The notes under the pieces were generated by a model that ran no database searches, had not been told where the DNA came from, and saw only the letters and a list, made by a program, of their open reading frames with translations. A stretch of 64,000 bases of DNA from Deltaproteobacteria bacterium. GTDB lineage: Bacteria; Desulfobacterota; Deferrimicrobia; Deferrimicrobiales; Deferrimicrobiaceae. Positions 35,856 through 46,167 of this stretch are shown piece after piece. Location of the stretch: assembly GCA_016220005.1 (NCBI GenBank), contig JACRIV010000113.1:6059-70058 (forward strand). Reading direction: 5' to 3'. The translations under genes and the position numbers were made by a program. Every line of letters starts with the position of its first letter. Positions within the stretch are counted from its first letter, which is position 1.

Positions 35856-37472
35856 TCAGCCCGCCAACTGTCTGTAAAAGTCGTTCCCCTTGTCGTCCAC
35901 CAGGATGAACGCGGGGAAGTCGACGACCTCGATCTTCCAGATCGCTTCCATTCCCAGCTCGGGGTACTCAAGGACCTCGACCTTCTTGATGTTCTCCTGC
36001 GCGAGCAGCGCCGCCGGGCCGCCGATCGAGCCCAGGTAGAAGCCGCCGTGCTTCCTGCACGCGTCGGTCACCTGCTGGCTCCGGTTCCCCTTGGCGATCA
36101 TGACGAGCGAGCCGCCGTAGGACTGAAACAGGTCCACGTAGGAGTCCATGCGGCCGGCGGTCGTCGGTCCGAAGGAGCCGGAAGGGCTACCCTTGGGCGT
36201 TTTGGCCGGGCCTGCGTAGTAGATCGGGTGGTCCTTCAGGTACTGGGGCAGCCCCTTTCCTTGATCGATCCGCTCTTTGAGCTTGGCGTGGGCGATGTCG
36301 CGGCCCACGATGATCGTGCCCGTCAAGGAGAGCTGCGTCGTGACCGGGTACTTGGAGAGCTCGCCGAGGATCTCCTTCATCGGCCGGTTGAGGTCGATCT
36401 TGACCACGCCGTGATCGTGCTTCTTCCGGTATTTTTCGGGGATCAGCCGGCCCGGGTTCCGCTCCAGCTCTTCGAGCCAGAGGCCGTCCCGGTCGATCTT
36501 CGCCTTGATGTTGCGGTCGGCGGAGCAGGAGACGCCCATCCCGACCGGGCAGGAGGCGCCGTGGCGCGGCAGCCGGACGACCCGGACGTCGAGGGCGAAG
36601 TACTTGCCGCCGAACTGGGCGCCGAAGCCGCACGTGTAGGCGGCCTTGAGGATCTTCTCCTCCATCTCGACGTCGCGGAACGCGCGGCCCTCCTTGTTGC
36701 CGCTCGTGGGGAGGGCGTCCAGGTATCCGGTGGAGGCGAGCTTCACGGTCTTCAGGCAGCCTTCCGCGGAGGTGCCTCCCACGACGAAGGCCAGGTGGTA
36801 AGGCGGACAGGCGGCGGTCCCCAGGGTCTTCATCTTCTCCACGAGGAATTTTTCCAGGCTCGCGGGGTTGAGGAGCGCCTTGGTCTCCTGATACAGGTAG
36901 GACTTGTTGGCGGAGCCGCCCCCCTTGGCGACGAACAGGAACTTGTACTCCATCCCCTCGGTGGCGTACAGGTCGATCTGGGCCGGGAGGTTGCAGCCGG
37001 AGTTGACCTCCTCGTACATCGTCAGCGGGACGGTCTGGGAATAGCGCAGGTTCTCCTCCGTGTAGGTCTTATAGACCCCCCCGGAGAGGAACTCCTCGTC
37101 CTTCGCGCCGGTAAAGACCTGCTGCCCCTTCTTGCCGACGATGGTGGCGGTGCCCGTGTCCTGGCAGAAGGGGAGGACGAAGCGGGCGGCGACTTCCGCG
37201 TTTCGCAGCAGGGCGACGGCCACGCCCCGGTCGTTGGGCGACGCTTCGGGGTCGGAGAGGATCGCGGCGACCTTCGCAAGGTGGGCGGGGCGCAGCAGGA
37301 AGGAGACGTCGCGCATCGCCTGGTTGGCGAGGAGGCTTAAGCCCTCCGGAGCCACCTTGAGCATCTCGGTCCCGTCGAACTTGACGACAGAGACGTGATC
37401 CTTCGTCAACAGCCGGTACTTCGTCGCGTCTTTCCCGAGCGGGAACGGGTCCTGGTACTGGAACTCTGCCAT
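35856..37472 (-). CDS. class I (Fe-S) fumarate hydratase, fused alpha/beta type
   Basis: 538 aa from ATG 37472 (GGAGAA RBS). [12 protein letters not shown] motif, with C-terminal GPTTAGRMD and GNRS motifs. Confidence 0.9.
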   Translation of the reverse strand: MAEFQYQDPFPLGKDATKYRLLTKDHVSVVKFDGTEMLKVAPEGLSLLANQAMRDVSFLLRPAHLAKVAAILSDPEASPNDRGVAVALLRNAEVAARFVLPFCQDTGTATIVGKKGQQVFTGAKDEEFLSGGVYKTYTEENLRYSQTVPLTMYEEVNSGCNLPAQIDLYATEGMEYKFLFVAKGGGSANKSYLYQETKALLNPASLEKFLVEKMKTLGTAACPPYHLAFVVGGTSAEGCLKTVKLASTGYLDALPTSGNKEGRAFRDVEMEEKILKAAYTCGFGAQFGGKYFALDVRVVRLPRHGASCPVGMGVSCSADRNIKAKIDRDGLWLEELERNPGRLIPEKYRKKHDHGVVKIDLNRPMKEILGELSKYPVTTQLSLTGTIIVGRDIAHAKLKERIDQGKGLPQYLKDHPIYYAGPAKTPKGSPSGSFGPTTAGRMDSYVDLFQSYGGSLVMIAKGNRSQQVTDACRKHGGFYLGSIGGPAALLAQENIKKVEVLEYPELGMEAIWKIEVVDFPAFILVDDKGNDFYRQLAG

Positions 37473-37486
37473 TGATTCTCCTTTCA

Positions 37487-37616
37487 GGGGGACATTCCTG
37501 GTTTGGGTTTTCTCGAGTTTCACGTTGAGGAGTGTCCCCCCCAGCATCCGGGAGTATCCCCCGCATAATAGGGGGACACTCATTAACTCGAGTACCAAGT
37601 TGAATGAGTGTCCCCC
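37487..37616. repeat. REP-like cluster of GGGGACA(C/T)-type half-sites (family C, locus 1)
   Basis: Five half-sites at 37487-98, 37524-42, 37551-62, 37571-87 and 37599-616. The last two form a perfect 14-bp inverted repeat (GGGGGACACTCATT-18 nt-AATGAGTGTCCCCC). Confidence 0.8.
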
Positions 37617-37619
37617 GCC

Positions 37620-38066
37620 AGCCTGAGGAGGCCGTAAGCCGGGTTCTGTGCGGGGCGGGCCTTCACCCGCCCCGTCGCGGCCATTTCTCTACGACGCGCG
37701 TCGCCGCGCGCCTTAAGCGACCTTGACCCGAGGGCCCCGGGCGGGCCGCCCTTCCCCCACGAAGCCTTTCGGCCTGCGGAGTCGCCCTCCTATTCGGTCT
37801 TGCTCCGGGTGGGGTGTGCCGTGCCGTGCCGGTTGCCCGGCCCGCGGTGAGCTCTTACCTCACCATTTCACCCTTACCTCCCTTCGCGACGGCTTTCGCC
37901 GCCGCTCCGAGGGGCGGTATGTTTTCTGTGGCGCTATCCTCGGGGTCGCCCCCACCGGGGATTACCCGGCACCCTGCCCTGCGGAGCCCGGACTTTCCTC
38001 CCGCCCCCCGGAGCGACAGCGTGAGCTGGCGCGAAGGGGGGGCCGGCGGCCGCATGGCCTCCTCAG
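37620..38066 (-). ncRNA. rnpB: RNase P RNA (bacterial type A)
   Basis: The minus strand contains GGGAGGAAAGTCCGGGCTCC near the 5' end, GGTAAGAGC..CACCG and AGCAAGACCGAATAGG in the middle, and ACAGAACCCGGCTTA near the 3' end. P1 pairs TGAGGAGGCC (38065-38056) with GGCCTCCTCA (37633-37624). Ends are accurate to about 5 nt. Confidence 0.9.
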
Positions 38067-38482
38067 ACGTTCTTGAAATGTTCGTCGATCGCGCGGTTGG
38101 CGAGGAGGTCCGCCTCATGGTTCTCCTCCCGGTCAACATGCAGTATACGCGCCCCGGGCAGGCGCCGCAACAGCCGGACCGCCTCCAGGAAAAGGGGCTT
38201 GAGGTTCGCGGACTTGACCCGGTACTCGCCGTTCAGCTGGCGGACCAGGAGCTCGGAGTCGGACAGCACGGTGACGGAGGACGGCGACAGCTTCTCCGCT
38301 TCCGTCAGCGCGAGGATCAGCGCGCGGTACTCGGCGACGTTGTTGGTGGTCTCGCCGATGTAGTCGCACAGCTCCGTGCGCTCGCCCGTCCCCTCCGCTT
38401 CGATCACCACCCCGATGCCGGCCGGCCCCGGGTTCCCCCGGCTGGCGCCGTCCGTCCGGAGCAGCAGCGGCTTCCCCTTCAT
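38063..38482 (-). CDS. rnhA: ribonuclease HI-family protein
   Basis: 139 aa from ATG 38482 (ATGA overlap with the upstream gene). TDGASRGNPGPAG, NNVAEYRALI and ENHEADLLAN motifs (DEDD residues). Confidence 0.88.
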   Translation of the reverse strand: MKGKPLLLRTDGASRGNPGPAGIGVVIEAEGTGERTELCDYIGETTNNVAEYRALILALTEAEKLSPSSVTVLSDSELLVRQLNGEYRVKSANLKPLFLEAVRLLRRLPGARILHVDREENHEADLLANRAIDEHFKNV

Positions 38483-39204
38483 TCCCCGGTGGCTTCCGAC
38501 GCCGGCGCCTCGTAGTAGAGGACCCGGTTGCAGTTGGGGCACGTGTAGATCCTGTCCTCGCGCTGCAGGAGGTTGAAGAGCTGGGGCGAGATGTTCATGT
38601 GGCACCCCGTGCACGACTGGTTCCTCGCGGGGACGATCGCGATGCCGTCGCGCCTGTCGAAGATCATCTCGAACCGCCTGGCAAGGCCGGGATCGAGGCG
38701 CTTCGCCACATCGGACTTCTTCGCCTCGAGCGCGAAGACGTCCTTGTCGAAGGAGGCCATCTTCGCCTCGACGTCGACCATCCGCTCCCGGTACCGCCCT
38801 CCCACCTCCTCGACCTCCGCCTTGAACTCGGCCAGGCGCTTCTCCGCTTCCTCGTAACGCGCGAGGATCGCCAGGAGCTCGTCCTCGTGCTGGGTGTTCG
38901 CGCGCTTGGTCCCCTCGATCTCCTTGAGCATCGCGTAATATTCCTTGTTCGTCTTGATCGACATGAGCTTGGCCTTGGCCCGTTCGACCTTCTCGCGCTC
39001 TTCCTCGATATCGCGCTCCTTCTCGCGCCGGTCCTTCCGGAGCTGCTCGAACTCCTGCTGGGCGGAAAGGAACTTCGCCTCCCTCTCCTCGAAGAGGGCC
39101 TTCAGGTCCGCCACTTCGAGCGGGACCTTCCGCTTCTCCGTTTCGACCGCCCTCGCCCGGCTCATTATCTCCTGCAGATCGATCAGGATCTTCACCTGCT
39201 CCAT
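38479..39204 (-). CDS. C4-type zinc-ribbon / coiled-coil protein (COG1579-like)
   Basis: 241 aa from ATG 39204 (1-nt TGATG overlap with the nif3 stop). Long coiled coil and C-terminal CTGCHMNISPQ...CPNCNR. Confidence 0.8.
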   Translation of the reverse strand: MEQVKILIDLQEIMSRARAVETEKRKVPLEVADLKALFEEREAKFLSAQQEFEQLRKDRREKERDIEEEREKVERAKAKLMSIKTNKEYYAMLKEIEGTKRANTQHEDELLAILARYEEAEKRLAEFKAEVEEVGGRYRERMVDVEAKMASFDKDVFALEAKKSDVAKRLDPGLARRFEMIFDRRDGIAIVPARNQSCTGCHMNISPQLFNLLQREDRIYTCPNCNRVLYYEAPASEATGE

Positions 39205-40355
39205 CAAGGCTTATCCCCTCCCCTCGTTTGCCCCGGACGAAACGTCCTCAGGGGCTCTGCTTCCATGAAGACGCGGGTCGCCACGGCCTTGCCGAACCGG
39301 CCCGCGACCACCCGCCTGAATTCCGGAAGGATCCATTTTTCCGCCGAACCGTGACCGACGTCGGCGACGGGCATGTCCCCGGCCGCCGCCTCCAGCGCCT
39401 GGTGGTACTTGAGGTCCCCGGTCACGAAGAGGTCGGCGCCGGCCTCCCGCGCCGCCCCCGCGAACTCGGACCCGCTCCCGGCCACGATCGCGATCCGCCG
39501 GACCGTCTTCTTCCGCGGACCCGCCACCTTGATCCAGGACGGGCGGACCTTCCGGAAGATCTCCTCCAGCACGGAATCGAGCGGCGCGGGCGCTTCCCGG
39601 TCCCCGACGGCGCCGACGCCCCCTCCGAGCGCACCGCCCGCGAGCGGGTAGACGTCGATCGCCGGCTCCTCGTACGGGTGGGCGTCCCGGACGGCCCGCA
39701 GCACCTTCGGGAGAAGGCTCTTCGCCACGACCGACTCGAGGCGGACCTCCTCGACCCGCTCCTCCCTCCCGGCCCTGCCCACGTAAGGCCTGGCGGATTC
39801 CGCAGGGAGGAACGTCCCCAATCCGGCCGTGCGGAACGAGCAGCGGGTGTAGGCCCCGATCCGTCCCCCGCCGGCCGAAGACAGCGCCGAGAGCAGGACG
39901 TCGGCCCGGTCCTGCGGGACGAAGACCGCAACCTTGCAGGCATCCGAAGGCTCCCCGGGAAGAAGGGGCCTCACCCCTTTCAGGCCGATCCGGCGCGCGA
40001 CGGCGTGGGACACGCCCCGTGGCGCGACGTCGGCGTTGGTGTGCGCCGAGATCGCCGCCACCCCCATCCGCAGGAGCGCATGGGCCGCGGCGGACGCCCC
40101 ATCCCCGGGCTGTACCGCCTTGAGCGGGGCGTAGATCACCGGGTGATGGGTGAGGAGCAGCTCGGCCCGGGTCCTCCTGCATTCGGCAAGGGCCGCAGGC
40201 GTGGCGTCGAGGGCGATCAGGACGTTCCTCACCGCGGCCGCCGGGTCTCCGAGGAGGATCCCGACGTTGTCCCAGTCGGCGCGGTGGGCGAAGGGAAAAT
40301 GGTCATCGAGTGCGCGCCAGACGTCCCTGACCGTGACTTTGGCGCGGGGACTCAC
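39204..40355 (-). CDS. Nif3-like dinuclear metal centre protein (GTP cyclohydrolase 1 type 2 family)
   Basis: About 383 aa. WDNVGILLG, LLLTHHPVIY and DVGHGSAEK motifs. The start is uncertain: GTG 40355 is preferred, while GTG 40364 and TTG 40373 fall in the terminator tail of tRNA-Met. Confidence 0.8.
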   Translation of the reverse strand: MSPRAKVTVRDVWRALDDHFPFAHRADWDNVGILLGDPAAAVRNVLIALDATPAALAECRRTRAELLLTHHPVIYAPLKAVQPGDGASAAAHALLRMGVAAISAHTNADVAPRGVSHAVARRIGLKGVRPLLPGEPSDACKVAVFVPQDRADVLLSALSSAGGGRIGAYTRCSFRTAGLGTFLPAESARPYVGRAGREERVEEVRLESVVAKSLLPKVLRAVRDAHPYEEPAIDVYPLAGGALGGGVGAVGDREAPAPLDSVLEEIFRKVRPSWIKVAGPRKKTVRRIAIVAGSGSEFAGAAREAGADLFVTGDLKYHQALEAAAGDMPVADVGHGSAEKWILPEFRRVVAGRFGKAVATRVFMEAEPLRTFRPGQTRGGDKP

Positions 40356-40371
40356 TCCCCCCACTCTCGAC

Positions 40372-40401
40372 AAACGAAAAATGCACCGGCGGGCGGTGCA
40401 T
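40372..40401 (-). terminator. Rho-independent terminator after tRNA-Met
   Basis: Minus strand ATGCACCG-CCCGC-CGGTGCAT (8-bp stem) followed by TTTTTCGTTTG. Confidence 0.7.
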
Positions 40402-40453
40402 CTCCGAAGTTCTTCGTATACACGGCTGAATGATCCTGCGGGATGGCGGTTGT

Positions 40454-40530
40454 TGGTGGGCCCACCTGGCCTCGAACCAGGGACCGACCGGTTATGAGCC
40501 GGTGGCTCTGACCAACTGAGCTATGGGCCC
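40454..40530 (-). tRNA. tRNA-Met (anticodon CAT), encoded CCA
   Basis: The minus strand GGGCCCATAGCTCAGTTGGTCAGAGCCACCGGCTCATAACCGGTCGGTCCCTGGTTCGAGGCCAGGTGGGCCCACCA folds as a cloverleaf. Acceptor is 7 bp, with D, anticodon (CTCATAA loop) and T (TTCGAGG) arms. G1-C72 pairing means it is not an initiator. Ile2 (lysidine) identity cannot be excluded. Confidence 0.9.
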
Positions 40531-40559
40531 CCAAAAGCGTTCCTCACGTGCATCTTTTT

Positions 40560-40589
40560 ATTATTTCCGCCAAGGCAACCTCTTGTCAA
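40560..40589 (-). promoter_or_regulatory. Putative promoter of tRNA-Met (TTGACA-18 nt-AATAAT)
   Basis: Read on the minus strand. The -10 lies about 30 nt upstream of the mature tRNA 5' end. Confidence 0.45.
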
Positions 40590-40597
40590 TCGTGGGC

Positions 40598-40683
40598 GGG
40601 GACACTCCTCAACTCTGGGGGGGACACTCCTCAACATGGCACTTGAGATAGGAATGTCCCCCCGAGGATCAGGAGATGTCCCC
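40598..40683. repeat. REP-like family C, locus 2
   Basis: Contains GGGGACACTCCTCAAC (40598-613), GGGGGGGACACTCCTCAAC (40617-35), GGAATGTCCCCCC (40651-63) and AGGAGATGTCCCC (40671-83). Shares a 20-nt and a 16-nt block with locus 4 in the opposite orientation. Confidence 0.8.
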
Positions 40684-40698
40684 GGCGCGCCCATTCGT

Positions 40699-42489
<1,791 letters not shown>

Positions 42490-42508
42490 TCCGCCTCACC
42501 TCATCCTT

Positions 42509-42583
42509 CAGTGTCCCGTCTCGCAAATAAGCTGGCATTCGAGGCCCGCTGCATCCGCCTATTCGCGAGGCGGGACACTCATT
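42509..42583. repeat. REP-like family C, locus 3 (degenerate pair CAGTGTCCCG ... CGGGACACTCATT)
   Basis: Inverted half-sites span the dnaG-rpoD junction. The right arm lies inside the last dnaG codons. Confidence 0.5.
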
Positions 42584-44352
42584 CTGCGTTCCCGCTCCAG
42601 CCGTTCCTTCTCGTTCTTCGCGGCCTTAAGCTCCGTGAACAGATCCTGCGCCCGCGCCGTTTCGCCGTCGCGGATCGCGGCCTTGTTCGCCTCCCCCAGC
42701 CTCGCGATCTCCCGGGTGAGCTTCCGGATCTTCAAGCCCAGCACCACGTCCGGGTAAATCCGGCGGGCCGCGGCCGACAGGCCGATCTCCCCCCGGAACA
42801 TCTCCTCGGAAATCCGCTTCCGGAGCTCCCCGCCGGCCGCCGCATCCAGGGCGGCGCCGATATCCGCGGCGCCCCCCTCCTCGACCTGCCGCGCGAGGAG
42901 GGCGATCGCCTCCCGGACGTCCTCCCCCTCGACCAGGGCCGGGACGCCGTCCCGGCGGATCTCCTCGATGAGCGACGGGTCCCGGGACAGCAGGCACAGC
43001 AGAAGGTCTTCCTCGGGCCTCGGGCCGGAAGCCCTGGGCGGGATCCCTTGCGCCGGCGCAACGGCCTCCTCCTTCTTCCCCCGCAGCCGCTCGAGCACCG
43101 TCTCCTCCGGCAGGCCAGCCGCCTGGGCGACCCGCTGGACGTACATGCGGTACTCCGCGGGGTCGGTGATCCACGGGAGGTACTTCCCCATGAGTCCCAG
43201 GTAGGAAAGCTTCCCGGCGATCTGGGAGAGATCGTATTTCCGGGCCGCCGCCCGCTCGATGTACTCCATCAGGGGGATCGCCCGCGCAATCCGCTCCGCA
43301 AGCTCGGCCCCTGCGGTCTCCTTCGCCCAGTCGTCCGGATCCATCCCCTTCGGAGGAAAGAGCACCAGCGGGCTCACGCCCGCGGCGTACAGCGGCCCTC
43401 CTGCGCGGACCGCCGACCGCTTCCCGGCCACGTCGCCGTCAAAAAGTAGGATGACCGTATCCGACAGGCGCTTCAGTGTCCTGGCGTGGCTCTCGGTGAG
43501 CGAGGTCCCGCACGTGGCCACCACGTTTCGGACCCCCCGCTGCCAGAGGCCGATGAGGTCCATGTACCCTTCGACCACGACCACCTTCTTTTCGTTCCGG
43601 ATCGCGGGCAGCGCCTGGAAAAGACCGTACAACACGGAGCTTTTCCGGTAGAGATCGGACTCCGGAGAATTCAGGTACTTCGGCGTGGCGTCGTTGATCG
43701 CCCGGGCGCCGAACCCGCAAACCCTGCCGCGCGCGTCCGTGATGGGATAGATGAGCCTGCCCCGGAAACGTTCCCGGTATCCCCCTCCCTCCTGGGCAAA
43801 CAGCAGCCCCGCCTGCGCCGCCCGCCCCGGGTCGATCCCTTCCCGCGACAGGACGTCGAGCACGTCCTTCCCCTGTCCGCCGTACCCCAGGAAGAACTCC
43901 TGCTCGGCTTCGGGAGCAACCCCCCTCCTGCGCAGGAAATCCTTTGCGGCCTTCCCGCCGGGAGAGGACCGGAGCAGATCGCGGTAGGTCTCCGAGGCCA
44001 GCTTGAGGATCCGGTAGAGATCCTCCCCCGGCCTCGGCGGCGCGGGTCCCCGCTCGTACTGGATCGGGACGCCGTATCGCTCCCCGAGGTCCTCCACCGC
44101 TTCCGCGAACGCGAGGTTGCGGGCCTTCATCAGGAAGTGAATGACCGATCCTCCTTCGCCGCAGCCGAAGCATTTGAAGACCTGCCGGGACGGGTGGACG
44201 AAAAAGGAGGGCGTCTTTTCCCTGTGGAACGGGCACAGCCCCCGGAAGCTGGCGCCGCTGCGCGAAAGGGAGACGGTCTCGGATACCACCGAAACGATGT
44301 CCGCCTTCTCCCGTATTTCGCGGATTGTGCTTTCCGAGATGCGGCCCCCCAC
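42559..44352 (-). CDS. dnaG: DNA primase
   Basis: About 597 aa from GTG 44352 (AAGGGA RBS, MGGRISESTIREIREKADIV). The tracked TTG at 44388 is an alternative. Zn finger CPFHREKTPSF..CFGCGEGG. TOPRIM VVVEGYMDLI. Confidence 0.92.
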   Translation of the reverse strand: MGGRISESTIREIREKADIVSVVSETVSLSRSGASFRGLCPFHREKTPSFFVHPSRQVFKCFGCGEGGSVIHFLMKARNLAFAEAVEDLGERYGVPIQYERGPAPPRPGEDLYRILKLASETYRDLLRSSPGGKAAKDFLRRRGVAPEAEQEFFLGYGGQGKDVLDVLSREGIDPGRAAQAGLLFAQEGGGYRERFRGRLIYPITDARGRVCGFGARAINDATPKYLNSPESDLYRKSSVLYGLFQALPAIRNEKKVVVVEGYMDLIGLWQRGVRNVVATCGTSLTESHARTLKRLSDTVILLFDGDVAGKRSAVRAGGPLYAAGVSPLVLFPPKGMDPDDWAKETAGAELAERIARAIPLMEYIERAAARKYDLSQIAGKLSYLGLMGKYLPWITDPAEYRMYVQRVAQAAGLPEETVLERLRGKKEEAVAPAQGIPPRASGPRPEEDLLLCLLSRDPSLIEEIRRDGVPALVEGEDVREAIALLARQVEEGGAADIGAALDAAAGGELRKRISEEMFRGEIGLSAAARRIYPDVVLGLKIRKLTREIARLGEANKAAIRDGETARAQDLFTELKAAKNEKERLERERRMSVPPRE

Positions 44353-44441
44353 GTTTCCCTTGGCCCCAAGTCCTGCGAGTTCAGACAAAAAAAGTCCCGG
44401 ACGACCGCATCGTCAGGGACACGTCCGAACCGATTTTCGCG

Positions 44442-44888
44442 TCACCCGGAGAGCAGGCGACGGACGACCTCGTTCACCAGTTTGCCGTCGGCGCGGCCGG
44501 CGACCTTCGGCATCAGTTCCTTCATCACCCGGCCGATGTCGGAAGGGGACTTGGCGCCGGCAGCCGCAATCGCCTCGCGCGCAAGGGACTCGACTTCGGC
44601 GTCGGAGAGCCCCTTCGGAAGGTAGGACGAAAGGATCGCGATCTCGCCCGCCTCCTTCTCCGCAAGCTCGGGGCGGTTCCCCTTGAGGAAAAGATCGATG
44701 GACTCCCGCCTCCTCTTCACCATCGATGCGAGCAGCTTGAGGACCGCGTCGTCCGCCAGCCCCCCCCGCGCCTCGATCTCCTTGTTCTTGATCTCGGCCA
44801 GCGCCATCCGCAAAGTAGAAAGGGCCAAGGAATTACGCTCCTTGGCCGCTTTCTGCATGTCCTGTCGCAACCGGTCGGAAAGCCCCAT
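44442..44888 (-). CDS. yqeY: GatB/YqeY domain-containing protein
   Basis: 148 aa. LRMALAEIKNKEI and DIGRVMKELM motifs. Sits in the classical rpsU-yqeY-dnaG-rpoD context. Confidence 0.85.
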   Translation of the reverse strand: MGLSDRLRQDMQKAAKERNSLALSTLRMALAEIKNKEIEARGGLADDAVLKLLASMVKRRRESIDLFLKGNRPELAEKEAGEIAILSSYLPKGLSDAEVESLAREAIAAAGAKSPSDIGRVMKELMPKVAGRADGKLVNEVVRRLLSG

Positions 44889-44891
44889 CCG

Positions 44892-45089
44892 CTACCGGCT
44901 CATTTTCTTCATTTTCTTCAACGCGCGCTTTCTGGCCGCCAGAGCCTTCTTCTTCCTCTTGACGCTCGGTTTCTCGTAGTGCTCCCGCTTGCGGATCTCC
45001 GACAGGATCCCGGCTTTCTCGCACTGCTTCTTGAACCGTTTCAGGACGCTTTCAAAGGGCTCCTCTTCCTTCACCCGGACGCCCGGCAT
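44892..45089 (-). CDS. rpsU: 30S ribosomal protein S21
   Basis: 65 aa, [42 protein letters not shown]... Confidence 0.95.
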   Translation of the reverse strand: MPGVRVKEEEPFESVLKRFKKQCEKAGILSEIRKREHYEKPSVKRKKKALAARKRALKKMKKMSR

Positions 45090-45136
45090 AAAACTATCAC
45101 CCCTTCCCGTGCCAGCCTAATACCGAAAATTCTAGT

Positions 45137-45164
45137 ATCTTATGCCATCCCCCCGACATGTCAA
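45137..45164 (-). promoter_or_regulatory. Putative promoter of the rpsU operon (TTGACA-16 nt-TAAGAT)
   Basis: Read on the minus strand, about 50 nt upstream of the rpsU ATG. Confidence 0.4.
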
Positions 45165-45193
45165 GGAATCAAATCGAAATCCCATCGAGCGCC

Positions 45194-45469
45194 TCAAAGG
45201 TAGCGGCACAGGTACGAAACGGGGGCTTCCGCCTTGACCTCGAACGTCACGCCCGCCGGGACGCCGAACCCTTCCCCCGCGGTCGCCGAGAGCCACGCTT
45301 TCCCGGGCACGCGGTACCACAGCACCCCGGAGACGACCGTCATGCGCTCCTCCCGCGATGTGCCGAAGGCGTACTCGCCGGGCTCGATGACGCCTACCGT
45401 CGCGTCCCCCTCCCCGTCCGAAAACCCGAGGCTCTGGACCTTGTCGTCAAAGTACCTGTTATGGCGCAT
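45194..45469 (-). CDS. ppnP: pyrimidine/purine nucleoside phosphorylase PpnP (DUF1255)
   Basis: 91 aa with a cupin-like sequence YFDDKVQSLGF...GEYAFGT..E.M.VVSG. Confidence 0.8.
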   Translation of the reverse strand: MRHNRYFDDKVQSLGFSDGEGDATVGVIEPGEYAFGTSREERMTVVSGVLWYRVPGKAWLSATAGEGFGVPAGVTFEVKAEAPVSYLCRYL

Positions 45470-45472
45470 CGG

Positions 45473-45826
45473 TCAGCCGAGCTTGTGGCCGAGCGGCTTC
45501 CCGCCGATCAGGTGGAGGTGCAGGTGGGGGACGAGCTGCCCTCCGTCGTTCCCGTTGTTGATGACGATCCGGTACCCCGACTCCGCCACCCCCTTCTCGT
45601 TGGCGATCCTGGCGGAGAGGCGCAGCATCTTGCCCAGGAGGGCGACGTCGTTCTTTCCCACGTCGTTAAGGTTCAGCATGTGCTCCTTCGGGACGATGAG
45701 CACGTGGACCGGCGCCGCCGGGTGAATGTCCGGAAAGGCGACCAGGTCGTGGTCCTCGTAGATCGGCTGGGACGGCACTTCCTTCCGGATGATCTTACAG
45801 AAGATGCAATCGTCGGCCATTGTCAT
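45473..45826 (-). CDS. HIT-family (histidine triad) protein
   Basis: 117 aa from ATG 45826 (ATGA overlap with hisI). CIFCKII and HLHLHLIGG motifs. Confidence 0.9.
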   Translation of the reverse strand: MTMADDCIFCKIIRKEVPSQPIYEDHDLVAFPDIHPAAPVHVLIVPKEHMLNLNDVGKNDVALLGKMLRLSARIANEKGVAESGYRIVINNGNDGGQLVPHLHLHLIGGKPLGHKLG

Positions 45827-46167
45827 TCCCTCCCGCGCCGGTATGCGCTCCGATAGAAGCAGGTCCTCTCCCCCGTATGGCATGCGGGTCCCGTCTGCCG
45901 CACGCGATACAGGAGAGTGTCCACATCGCAATCGTACCGCACTTCCTCGAGCTCCTGGAAGTGGCCGGAGGTCTCCCCCTTGACCCACAAGGAGCTCCGT
46001 GAACGGCTCCAGTAACTGGCCCGCCCGGTGTCGAAGGTGTTCCGGAGGGCGGCCGCGTTCACCCAGGCCACCATCAGCACCGCGTTGTCGGAGACGTCCT
46101 GGGTCACCACGGGCACCAGCCCCCGGTCGTCGAATTTCACTATCGCGATCAGCTCGTCCGCCGTCAT
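45823..46167 (-). CDS. hisI: phosphoribosyl-AMP cyclohydrolase (monofunctional)
   Basis: 114 aa. [15 protein letters not shown] and CHTGERTCF motifs. Confidence 0.92.
   Translation of the reverse strand: MTADELIAIVKFDDRGLVPVVTQDVSDNAVLMVAWVNAAALRNTFDTGRASYWSRSRSSLWVKGETSGHFQELEEVRYDCDVDTLLYRVRQTGPACHTGERTCFYRSAYRRGRE

Noticed and set aside
40637-40652. TGGCAC at 40638-40643 (also near 45100 on the minus strand) as sigma-54 promoters
   Set aside because: The required TTGC(A/T) element 5 nt downstream is absent in both cases.
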